Assembly: GCA_965649225.1 (NCBI GenBank) | Contig: CBFGJX010000015.1 | Location: forward strand, 1-64,000 | Direction of reading: 5' to 3' | DNA length: 64,000 nt | Source of the DNA: a candidate division WOR-3 bacterium | GTDB taxonomy: Bacteria > Hydrothermota > Tepidihabitantia > Tepidihabitantales > Tepidihabitantaceae | In this document: one piece after another, positions 56,100 to 64,000 of the stretch | How the letters are laid out: every line of letters begins with the position of its first letter | Position numbering within the stretch: position 1 is the stretch's first letter | Notes under the pieces: generated by a model | What the model saw: the letters and a program-made list of their open reading frames with translations, nothing else | Told to the model about the DNA's origin: nothing | The model's database searches: none | Position numbers and translations under genes: made by a program

Positions 56100-58793
56100 G
56101 TGGCGAACGACGCCGGAGCGAGGGCCGGCCGAGCCGAGCCGGCCGAATGGCATGCGCTGGAACCGGATGCGGTGCTTGCCCGGCTCGGGTCAAGCCCTGA
56201 GGGCCTGACCGGAGCCGAGGCCGCGGCGCGGCGGCAACGGTTCGGTCCGAACGCACTGGCCGGCGAGAAGCGCCAGAGCGTAATCGGGCTCGCGCTGCAC
56301 CACCTCGCCACGCCGGTTACCTATGTGCTGCTGGCCGCAATCGCCGCTTCGCTGCTGACAAACAACTTTATTGATGCCGCAGCCATCGCGGTTGTCGTCG
56401 TGCTCAACACCGTGCTCGGGGTTATATCGGAGTGGCGCGCCGAGCAGGCGCTGACCGCGCTGGAAAAACTGGCCGCGCCGCGGGCCCGGGTAGTGCGTGA
56501 CGGCAGGGCAGTGATGGTTCCGGCAGCCGAAATCGTACCCGGCGACCTGCTGGCACTGGAAGCAGGTGACCGGGTCGGGGCCGACGCGCGGCTGGTGGCG
56601 GCCGAGGAACTGCAGACCGACGAATCGGCGCTGACCGGCGAGTCTGAACCGGTGACCAAGACCGTGGCGGTTCTGCCCGGGAGTGTTGAACTTGCCGACC
56701 GGACAAACATGGTCTGGCTTTCGACCGTGGTGACCGGCGGCCGGGGCCGGGCGGTGGTTACCGCAACCGGGATGGACACGGCGCTGGGAACGATTGCGGC
56801 CCAGATGCGGCGCACGCGCCGGCCGCAGACCCGGCTGCAGGTGCGCATCAACCGGCTGGCTGCGGCGCTGGGCTTTGTTGCCGTCGGTCTGGGCGGAGTG
56901 CTTTTCGGCATCGGAATGCTGCGTGGTTATCCGGTGCTGGAAATGATGCTCTTTTCGGTTGCGGCGGCGGTCTCGTCGGTGCCGGCCGGGTTGCCGGCCG
57001 CGGTGAGCGTGACGCTGGCGCTGGGTGTACGCCGGATGGCCCAGCGCAATGCGATAGTGCGACGGCTGGCTGCAGTCGAGACGCTCGGCTCGACCACGGT
57101 CATCTGTTCGGACAAGACCGGCACACTGACCCAGAACCAGATGAGCGTGGCGCGGGCCTGGGCCGCCGGCGAGGAGGCCGAACCGCCTTTTGCCGGCGCG
57201 GGTGGCGGCATTGCCGGATTGATGCTGGCCGGTGCGCTGGCCAGCAACACGACCATTTCGGGCAGCGGGCCGGATGCGGTGATCGAGGGGTCGGCAACCG
57301 AAAAGGCGATTGTCGAGGCGGCGCGTGCAGCCGGGATTGATGTGGCGGCGGCGCGGGCTGAACACGTCCGGCTGGCCGAAGTGCCGTTTTCCAGCAGCCG
57401 TAAGTTCATGGCCGTGCTGGTGGCAATGCCGGGTGGCGGCCGGCGGGTCTATCTCAAGGGTGCGCCCGAGCGGGTGCTGGCCCGCTGCCGCCGGGTCGCG
57501 CGTGCCGGTACCGTGGCGCCGCTGGACGAGGAAGCATTGTGGGAGGTACGCGACGCGATCGAGCAGTTCGCGGCCCGGGCTTTACGGGTGGTGGCGGCGG
57601 CATACCGCGACCTGCCGCCAGGTGCCGACCGGCTCGACGAAGAGAACCTGGGTGACGACTTTGTTCTGCTCGGACTGTGGGGCATGGTCGACCCGCCCCG
57701 GCCCGAGGCCGAGCCGGCAGTGCGCGCGGCCCGGGGCGCGGGCGTACGCGTGTTGATGGTCACCGGCGACCACGCAGCTACGGCCGAGGCCATCGGCCGG
57801 CAGGTCGGCATTGCCGACAGCGGTCACGACGCGGTCATCACCGGCGGCGAGCTGGACCGTATGGACGAGGCGGCGCTGCGCGAGCGGCTGGCGCACGTCG
57901 CAGTGTTTGCCCGGGTCACGCCGGCACACAAGCTGGCGATTCTCCGGGCGCTGCAGGGGCGGGGCGAGGTCGTGGCGATGACCGGCGACGGGGTCAATGA
58001 CGGGCCGGCATTGAAGGCGGCCGACATCGGCGTGGCGATGGGTCGGGCCGGCACCGAAGTCGCCAAGGAAGCCGCGGACATGGTGCTCACCGATGACAAC
58101 TTCGCGACGATTGTCCGCGCGATCGAAGAGGGCCGGGTGATATTCCACAACCTGCGGCGGGTGGTGACCTATCTGGTTGCAACCAGTCTCGGTGAAATGC
58201 TGACCTTCGCGACCTGCATCTTTGCCGGGCTGGGCAAGCCACTGACACCGGTGATGGTGCTGTGGGTGAACCTTGTCACCGACGGCGCCTGCACGATACC
58301 GCTGGGCATCGAGCCGGGCCACGGCGATGTGCTGTCCGAGCCACCGCGCCCGCCGTCGGAACGGCTGGTCAACGTGGCAATGGTCCGGCGGATTGTTCTG
58401 CTGGCGCTGACCATGGCGGCGGGAGTGACGGTGCAGTTCTGGCTCGACAGCCGCTCCGGCTCGGTCGCTCATGCCCGCACCTACGCCTTCACCACGCTGG
58501 TGGCATTCCAGTGGTTTCAGGCCTTGACGATGCGCTCGAGCCGCACTTCGCTGCTGCGGCTCGGACTCGGCAGCAACCGGCCGCTGCTGCTGGGTGTGCT
58601 GGTGGCGATTGTGCTGCAACTGCTGGTGATTTACACGCCGGTCGGGCCGCTGGTGTTCGGGACGGTGCCGCTCGGGCCGGCCGACTGGCTGCGGATTGTG
58701 GCGCTGGCCGGTTCGATTCTCGTCATCGACGAACTGCGCAAGCTCATCGGACGCCGGCGCGGGAAAGCGGTTGCGACCCGACTGGATAGCTGA
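56100..58793 (+). CDS. Cation-transporting P-type ATPase (type IIA, Ca2+-like)
   Basis: LTGES, CSDKTGTLT, KGAPE, DPPR, TGDGVND and WVNLVTD motifs. TM4 reads PAGLP rather than PEGLP. Confidence 0.93.
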   Translation: MANDAGARAGRAEPAEWHALEPDAVLARLGSSPEGLTGAEAAARRQRFGPNALAGEKRQSVIGLALHHLATPVTYVLLAAIAASLLTNNFIDAAAIAVVVVLNTVLGVISEWRAEQALTALEKLAAPRARVVRDGRAVMVPAAEIVPGDLLALEAGDRVGADARLVAAEELQTDESALTGESEPVTKTVAVLPGSVELADRTNMVWLSTVVTGGRGRAVVTATGMDTALGTIAAQMRRTRRPQTRLQVRINRLAAALGFVAVGLGGVLFGIGMLRGYPVLEMMLFSVAAAVSSVPAGLPAAVSVTLALGVRRMAQRNAIVRRLAAVETLGSTTVICSDKTGTLTQNQMSVARAWAAGEEAEPPFAGAGGGIAGLMLAGALASNTTISGSGPDAVIEGSATEKAIVEAARAAGIDVAAARAEHVRLAEVPFSSSRKFMAVLVAMPGGGRRVYLKGAPERVLARCRRVARAGTVAPLDEEALWEVRDAIEQFAARALRVVAAAYRDLPPGADRLDEENLGDDFVLLGLWGMVDPPRPEAEPAVRAARGAGVRVLMVTGDHAATAEAIGRQVGIADSGHDAVITGGELDRMDEAALRERLAHVAVFARVTPAHKLAILRALQGRGEVVAMTGDGVNDGPALKAADIGVAMGRAGTEVAKEAADMVLTDDNFATIVRAIEEGRVIFHNLRRVVTYLVATSLGEMLTFATCIFAGLGKPLTPVMVLWVNLVTDGACTIPLGIEPGHGDVLSEPPRPPSERLVNVAMVRRIVLLALTMAAGVTVQFWLDSRSGSVAHARTYAFTTLVAFQWFQALTMRSSRTSLLRLGLGSNRPLLLGVLVAIVLQLLVIYTPVGPLVFGTVPLGPADWLRIVALAGSILVIDELRKLIGRRRGKAVATRLDS

Positions 58794-58802
58794 GGAGGCT
58801 GG

Positions 58803-59729
58803 ATGACCAGACTGCTGCCGGTTCTGCTGCTGGTTCTGTTTGCCTGCCGGCCGGCGCCGGACGATGGCGTGAAGACCTGGCGTGAGGTAAACGATTTCGC
58901 CTATCAGTTGCAGAACGTCGACCTCACCGAGCTGGGCGATACGCGGTTCGACCTCGTCATCATCGACTACTCGCGTGAGGGGGACGACGAGACGCGCTAC
59001 ACCGCTGAGGAGATTGCCGCGCTCAAAGACTCGCCGGGCGGCAGCAAACTGGTGCTGGCCTACATGAGCATCGGCGAGGCCGAGAACTACCGCTGGTACT
59101 GGCGCGAGGAGTGGGATGCGGATGGCGATGGCCGGCCCGACCCGGGTGCGCCGGACTGGCTGGGCGAAGCCAACCCGGAGTGGCCCGACAACTACCCGGT
59201 GCATTACTGGGACCCGGGCTGGCAGGAGATTATCCTCGGTGACAGCGGGTATCTGGCGCGCATTGTCGCGGCGGGCTTTGACGGTGTCTATCTGGACCTT
59301 GTCGACGTCTACGAATACTGGGGCCCGGGCGGCGAAAGCGGGCTGAACCGGCCGACCGCCGAGGCCGAGATGGTGGAGTTTGTCCGGGCGATTGCGGCGC
59401 GCGCGCCGCAGGGGTTCGGTATCTTTCCCCAGAACGGCGAGGCGCTGGGTGCGCATCCGGAGTATCTTGCCGTGGTTACCGGCATCGGCCGCGAGGATGT
59501 CTGGTACAATGACAACGAGCCGCAGTTGCCGGAAGACACCGCCGCGGTGTGTGTGGCGCTGGACCGGTTTCGCGCCGCAGGCAAACTGGTGCTGGTGGTT
59601 GATTATGTCACCGAGCGCAACCTGATTGACCGGTTCTACGCCCGGGCCCGCGCGCGCGGCTATGTGCCTTATGCAACGGTGCGCGACCTCGACCAGTTGA
59701 CAATCAACCCCGGCCACGAGCCGGACTGA
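58803..59729 (+). CDS. Lipoprotein, GH114 / TM1410-like endo-alpha-1,4-polygalactosaminidase family
   Basis: Lipobox LFAC, YQLQ, AYMSIGEAENYRWYW, GFDGVYLD and PQNG motifs. Confidence 0.85.
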   Translation: MTRLLPVLLLVLFACRPAPDDGVKTWREVNDFAYQLQNVDLTELGDTRFDLVIIDYSREGDDETRYTAEEIAALKDSPGGSKLVLAYMSIGEAENYRWYWREEWDADGDGRPDPGAPDWLGEANPEWPDNYPVHYWDPGWQEIILGDSGYLARIVAAGFDGVYLDLVDVYEYWGPGGESGLNRPTAEAEMVEFVRAIAARAPQGFGIFPQNGEALGAHPEYLAVVTGIGREDVWYNDNEPQLPEDTAAVCVALDRFRAAGKLVLVVDYVTERNLIDRFYARARARGYVPYATVRDLDQLTINPGHEPD

Positions 59730-59771
59730 GCCGGCAGCGCTTTGAAGATGGGCAACAGGGAAGGCAGGCAA

Positions 59772-60374
59772 ATGGTGAGACTGACGGCCGAACTGGTTCT
59801 GGGGGCGGTCGTGCTGGCACTCCTTGCCGGCTGTCCGGGCCGGGCTCAGCTATCGGAACGGGGTTCGGTCGCGCCGGATTCAGCGGCCGGCGAAGCCGGA
59901 CCGCGCCGGGTCGTGGTCAGATTTGCCGGACCGGACGGCACGCCGACCGCTGCCGAGACCGTGGCGATGATAGTCCGGCCCGACTCGGTCTGGCAGCGCC
60001 TGCTGACGCCGGAACAGTATCGCATCACCCGAAGCAGGGGGACCGAGCCGGCGTACTGCGGTCTGCTGCTCGATAACAAGGAAGCAGGCATCTACTACTG
60101 CGTGAACTGCAGCCTGCCGCTTTTTTCCTCCGACGCGAAGTTTGAGTCGGGCACCGGCTGGCCGAGCTTCTTCCGGCCATTCGCAGAGGAAAACATCACC
60201 GAGCAGGAGGACCGCAGTCTGGGAATGGTGCGGACCGAGATACTCTGCACCCGGTGCGAGGCTCATCTCGGCCATGTCTTTGACGACGGGCCTGAGCCGA
60301 CCGGCCGGCGTTACTGCCTCAACTCGGCTGCGCTGTTCTTTCGGCCGCGACCGCAGCCGGCCGAACAACGCTGA
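59772..60374 (+). CDS. msrB: Peptide-methionine (R)-S-oxide reductase with lipoprotein signal
   Basis: LTPEQY...GTE, CVNC, KFESGTGWPSF, HLGHVFDDGP and RYCLNS motifs; N-terminal LLAGC. Confidence 0.93.
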   Translation: MVRLTAELVLGAVVLALLAGCPGRAQLSERGSVAPDSAAGEAGPRRVVVRFAGPDGTPTAAETVAMIVRPDSVWQRLLTPEQYRITRSRGTEPAYCGLLLDNKEAGIYYCVNCSLPLFSSDAKFESGTGWPSFFRPFAEENITEQEDRSLGMVRTEILCTRCEAHLGHVFDDGPEPTGRRYCLNSAALFFRPRPQPAEQR

Positions 60375-60479
60375 CCGGGCGGAGAGATTGACGGACTGCC
60401 GCGAGGTTCTACAATCAGCACTGATTTCAGTCAACCGCGTCCCGGGACGACCGTTCGTCGGGAACGCAGAGGAGGTCTC

Positions 60480-63449
60480 GTGAAGAAAGTCATGCTGGCA
60501 CTGCTGGTGCTTGTCGGCGCCGGGTTCGGCCTGGTGACTCCGTATCTGGAGAGTCACATCGCCAATGTCGCTGCCGACGTGCGTCTGCCGGTGCACATCG
60601 TCCTGAAGGAGCAGTTCGACAGCCGGCTGCTCAATTCGCTGGTCGACGGCCTGCCCAAGGTGCAGCGCCGGATGGAAGTGGCGCGAATCCTGCAGGCCTA
60701 CTCGGCGGAAAAGCAGGCCGACCTGCTGGCGCTGCTCGATGCCGCAGTTGCCCGCGGTGAGGCGGCGGACGTCCGCTCGCTGTGGGTTCTGAACGCAATC
60801 TACTGCGAGGCGACACCGGCGTTGATCCGGGCTCTGGCCGAACGGCCCGAGGTCAGCTATGTCAACTACGACCTGGCCTGGGCGCCGGACCTGCTGGAGC
60901 CGGAAGAGCCGACCGACGAAACCGATGAGGTCGCCTGGGGCGTACAGAAGGTCAATGCGCCGGCAGTCTGGGCATTGGGCTACACCGGGCAGGGAGTTGT
61001 CTGCGGTCATATCGACACCGGCTGCAACTACAACCATCCCGACCTCGCCGACCACATGTGGACCGACCCGAACTATCCCAACCACGGCTGGAACTTCGAA
61101 AACAACACCAATGACCCCAACGACGGTAACGGCCACGGCACCCACACCGCCGGTTCGGTGGCATCCGACGGCACTGCCGGCAGTCAGTGCGGAGTGGCAC
61201 CGGATGCCCAGATTATGGTCTGTCGGGTGCGCACGGTTGCCGATTCGGTTGCCGAGAGTCAGTGCTGGCAGGCGATGCAGTTCTGCGTCAGTCCGCCGCT
61301 GTCGCCGGCCAACGGCGCCGACCTTTACACGATGTCGCTCGGGTGGCAGATATCCTGGAATCCGCATCAGGCGAGCTGGCGTCAGGCGGCCAACAATGTC
61401 AATGCCGCCGGGCTGTCGCAGATTGTTGCGGCGGGCAACGAGCGGTCAATCAGTCCGCCCAACTCCTGCCGCTGCCCGGGCAATGTGCCGCCGCCGTGGT
61501 GGAATCCGCAGAACACCGGCGTCGGCGCGCTGTCGGGAATCGTCTCGATCGGCGCCACGACTTCGGCCGACCAGATTGCTTCGTTCTCCTCGCGCGGGCC
61601 GTGCACCTGGTCAACGGTTGCGCCGTTCAACGACTATCCCTATCCGCCGGGGCTGACCCGACCCGATGTCAGCGCGCCGGGCGACAACATCAAGTCCTGC
61701 GCCCGCACCGGTGGCTACACGACGATGTCCGGCACTTCGATGGCCACGCCGCACGTTGCCGGGACGGTGTGTCTGATGCTGTCCAAGAACCCGAATCTGT
61801 CGCCGGCAGTGGTGGATTCGATTCTGGAAACCACCGCGCTCGACCTCGGGCCTACCGGCAAGGACAACGATTTTGGTGCCGGCCGGATTGACGCGCTGGC
61901 TGCGGTCAACGCGGTCGGGATGTCGGCCGGGCCGCCGATTCTCAATCTCGTCCGGACGCTGGTGCTCGACGGCAGCGGCAACAACAACGGCCGGCTCGAC
62001 CCGGGCGAAACCGCCGACCTGCAGATGACGCTGCGCAACAACGGCGGTGCCAACTGCAACAACACCGTCGGTACCTTCATCTCGGGCGACGCCCGGCTGA
62101 CGGTGCTCGATGCCAACGGTGCCTGGGGCAATATCAACCGCGGTGACACCGCCACCAATGCCGCCAACCGGTTCACGGTGCGGGCCGGGTCGTCAATCCC
62201 CAACGGGACCGCGATTCCCTGCACGCTGCGGGTGACCGGCGACTCGGCCGACTACGCCACGCAGTTCGTCATCAGCCTGGTGGTTGGACTCCCGCCGACG
62301 CCGGGCGCGGTGGTGATGGATCACGACACCGGCTACTGCAAGCTGTCGGTAACCTGTCTCGGCTCAATCGGCTACGACCTGCCGCCGGCCGAGGCCGGCT
62401 CCGGCTTCTGCTATCCGAAGACTTCGGCATCGCAGCTCTTTTACAGCTCGCTGGCAATCGGCACCGATGTCAACTGGGTTGCCGACCACTATTTCGGCCA
62501 GCCGGCCAACGGCGCGCCCAATGCCGATTTCCGCATCGCCGAGTCGCTGCGGGCACTGGTGCCGCCGCAGTACGCCGACGAGCAGTTCCGCGGCGTCTTC
62601 ACCGATGCCGCGCACCCCAGTCCCAAGGGCCTGCGGGTGGTGCAGCACAGCTACCAGAACTTTGCCACCGGTTACGACGACTTTGTTGCGCTGGTCTACG
62701 ATATCACCAACGATGGCAGCGCGCCGGTCAACGGCATCTACGCCGGTGTCTTCTCCGACTTCGACCTCGGCACCAGCAGTTCCAATACCGCCGGCACCGA
62801 CACTGTCCGGCGGCTGGCCTACATGCGGACCGCGACCTCGCCCAACCCCACCGTCGGCGTCAAAATCCTCTATCCCTATTCCTGGCGCAATCTGACCTGC
62901 ATTGACCACGCCATCTACGTCTATCCCACCGACTCCTGCGTCACCGACAACCAGAAGTTCCGCTTCCTCAACGGCACGATTGTCCAGCGTTCCTCCAACC
63001 GCAGCTACGACTGGTCGGTGGTCACATCGGTCGGCCCGTTCGACCTTGCCGTCGGCCAGACCCAGCGCTTTGCGGTGGCGTTTGTCGGTGGCAGCGACGA
63101 AAACGTCTGTCGGGCCCATGCCGACTCGGCTCAGTCCTGGTACGACCGCACCGTCGGCATTGCCGAAGGGCCGCGACCGGTTCAGCCGCGCGCCCAGCAA
63201 CTGGAGCTGGTGCCCAATCCGTTCACCGGTCGGACGCTGGTGAGTTTTGCCCTGCCGACCGCGGGCCGGGTCCGGGTGGCGGCATTCGATGCCACCGGCC
63301 GCGAAGTGGCCAGGATTTTTGACGGCACGGCACCGGCCGGCCGCAGTGTCGTGGCCTGGCAGCCGCGCGGTCTTGCCGGCGGCGTCTATTTCATCAAACT
63401 CGCCGGGCCGGGGCTGGAGACGACGCAGCGGGCACTGCTGCTGCGTTAG
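60480..63449 (+). CDS. S8 (subtilisin-like) serine peptidase with accessory domains and T9SS-like tail
   Basis: IDTG, GHGTHTAG, AAGN and SGTSMATPHVAG motifs; tail RGLAGGVYFIKL. TTGACG(60388)-N16-TACAAT upstream. Confidence 0.92.
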   Translation: MKKVMLALLVLVGAGFGLVTPYLESHIANVAADVRLPVHIVLKEQFDSRLLNSLVDGLPKVQRRMEVARILQAYSAEKQADLLALLDAAVARGEAADVRSLWVLNAIYCEATPALIRALAERPEVSYVNYDLAWAPDLLEPEEPTDETDEVAWGVQKVNAPAVWALGYTGQGVVCGHIDTGCNYNHPDLADHMWTDPNYPNHGWNFENNTNDPNDGNGHGTHTAGSVASDGTAGSQCGVAPDAQIMVCRVRTVADSVAESQCWQAMQFCVSPPLSPANGADLYTMSLGWQISWNPHQASWRQAANNVNAAGLSQIVAAGNERSISPPNSCRCPGNVPPPWWNPQNTGVGALSGIVSIGATTSADQIASFSSRGPCTWSTVAPFNDYPYPPGLTRPDVSAPGDNIKSCARTGGYTTMSGTSMATPHVAGTVCLMLSKNPNLSPAVVDSILETTALDLGPTGKDNDFGAGRIDALAAVNAVGMSAGPPILNLVRTLVLDGSGNNNGRLDPGETADLQMTLRNNGGANCNNTVGTFISGDARLTVLDANGAWGNINRGDTATNAANRFTVRAGSSIPNGTAIPCTLRVTGDSADYATQFVISLVVGLPPTPGAVVMDHDTGYCKLSVTCLGSIGYDLPPAEAGSGFCYPKTSASQLFYSSLAIGTDVNWVADHYFGQPANGAPNADFRIAESLRALVPPQYADEQFRGVFTDAAHPSPKGLRVVQHSYQNFATGYDDFVALVYDITNDGSAPVNGIYAGVFSDFDLGTSSSNTAGTDTVRRLAYMRTATSPNPTVGVKILYPYSWRNLTCIDHAIYVYPTDSCVTDNQKFRFLNGTIVQRSSNRSYDWSVVTSVGPFDLAVGQTQRFAVAFVGGSDENVCRAHADSAQSWYDRTVGIAEGPRPVQPRAQQLELVPNPFTGRTLVSFALPTAGRVRVAAFDATGREVARIFDGTAPAGRSVVAWQPRGLAGGVYFIKLAGPGLETTQRALLLR

Positions 63450-63471
63450 CCGGCGATTGCGTCGGTAAACT

Positions 63472-63506
63472 GCCGGGGCGCAGGCCACTGCGCCCCGGCG
63501 CTTTTT
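63472..63506 (+). terminator. Intrinsic terminator
   Basis: GCCGGGGCGCAG-GCCA-CTGCGCCCCGGC followed by GCTTTTT. Confidence 0.8.
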
Positions 63507-63530
63507 GCTGCCGACGGGCGCCGGCCGAGC

Positions 63531-63575
63531 TTGACCCGGCGCTTTTCGGTGTTACGATTCCATCATGCGTAACAC
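63531..63575 (+). promoter_or_regulatory. nikR promoter with overlapping palindromic operator
   Basis: TTGACC(63531)-N16-TACGAT with extended TG. Inverted repeat GTGTTACG-N11-CGTAACAC at 63549-63575. Confidence 0.65.
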
Positions 63576-64000
63576 CCGGGTCGAGCCCGAAACCGTCCGT
63601 TTCAGCGTCTCGATGGAGGCAGGACTGGTCGAGCGGTTCGACCGCGCCAGCGGCCGGGGCGCGGCCAACCGCTCCAAGGCAGTGCGCGACCTCATCCGCG
63701 CCTTTCTCGCCGAGGCCGAGCTGCGCCCGGATGCCACACCGGCGGTGGGCGTGCTGTCCTACGTTTACAGCCACGACCAGCCTGACCTGGCCCGGCGCCT
63801 GGCCGCGACCGGCCACGCCCGCCATCGGCTGATCGTATCCAGCACTCACGTCCATCTCGACCGGCGCGAATGTCTCGAGGTACTGATACTGCGTGGCCCG
63901 GCCCGGGACCTGCGCCGGCTGGCCGACGAGTTCGGCGGCCTGCACGGTGTCCGCCAGACCCGGCTGAATCTTCTGCCCGCCACCTGCCCGCTGGCGCACC
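63565..64000 (+). CDS. nikR: Nickel-responsive regulator NikR (runs off the window; absent from the supplied ORF track)
   Basis: Translated by hand: MRNTRVEPETVRFSVSM...NRSKAVRDLIR (ribbon-helix-helix) and GH...STHVHLDRRECLEV (His/His/His/Cys Ni site). Confidence 0.88.
   Translation, partial: MRNTRVEPETVRFSVSMEAGLVERFDRASGRGAANRSKAVRDLIRAFLAEAELRPDATPAVGVLSYVYSHDQPDLARRLAATGHARHRLIVSSTHVHLDRRECLEVLILRGPARDLRRLADEFGGLHGVRQTRLNLLPATCPLAH

Noticed and set aside
57582..59771. 729-aa minus-strand ORF
   Set aside because: Shadow of the P-type ATPase and GH114 genes.
63394..63999. 201-aa minus-strand ORF at the window end
   Set aside because: Antisense to nikR, which has clear RHH and Ni-binding motifs on the plus strand.

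Overview
GC-rich bacterial chromosomal segment. The many secreted proteins with T9SS/FlgD-like C-terminal tails suggest an FCB-group lineage such as candidate division WOR-3 (inference). Housekeeping genes: pyrR-pyrB-pyrC, holA-leuS-(two paralogous orphans)-guaA, a Lol-like ABC exporter cluster, tag, a P-type ATPase, msrB, nikR and a tRNA with CAT anticodon (probably Ile2). They are interspersed with large modular secreted proteins: C25, M6 and S8 peptidases and YCF48-like propellers. A ~14 kb accessory block (20.8-34.5 kb) next to the tRNA encodes a three-gene DISARM-like defence system (helicase-DUF1998-nuclease fusion, SNF2 ATPase, N6-adenine methyltransferase). It also holds a convergent cassette of a papain/C39-like protease and an unannotated 52-aa ORF. 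The most striking item lies just 3' of the tRNA: an orphan ORF whose core aligns by eye with the SIRV2-type major capsid protein of archaeal filamentous viruses (Adnaviria). All calls come from reading motifs by eye; no searches were run.
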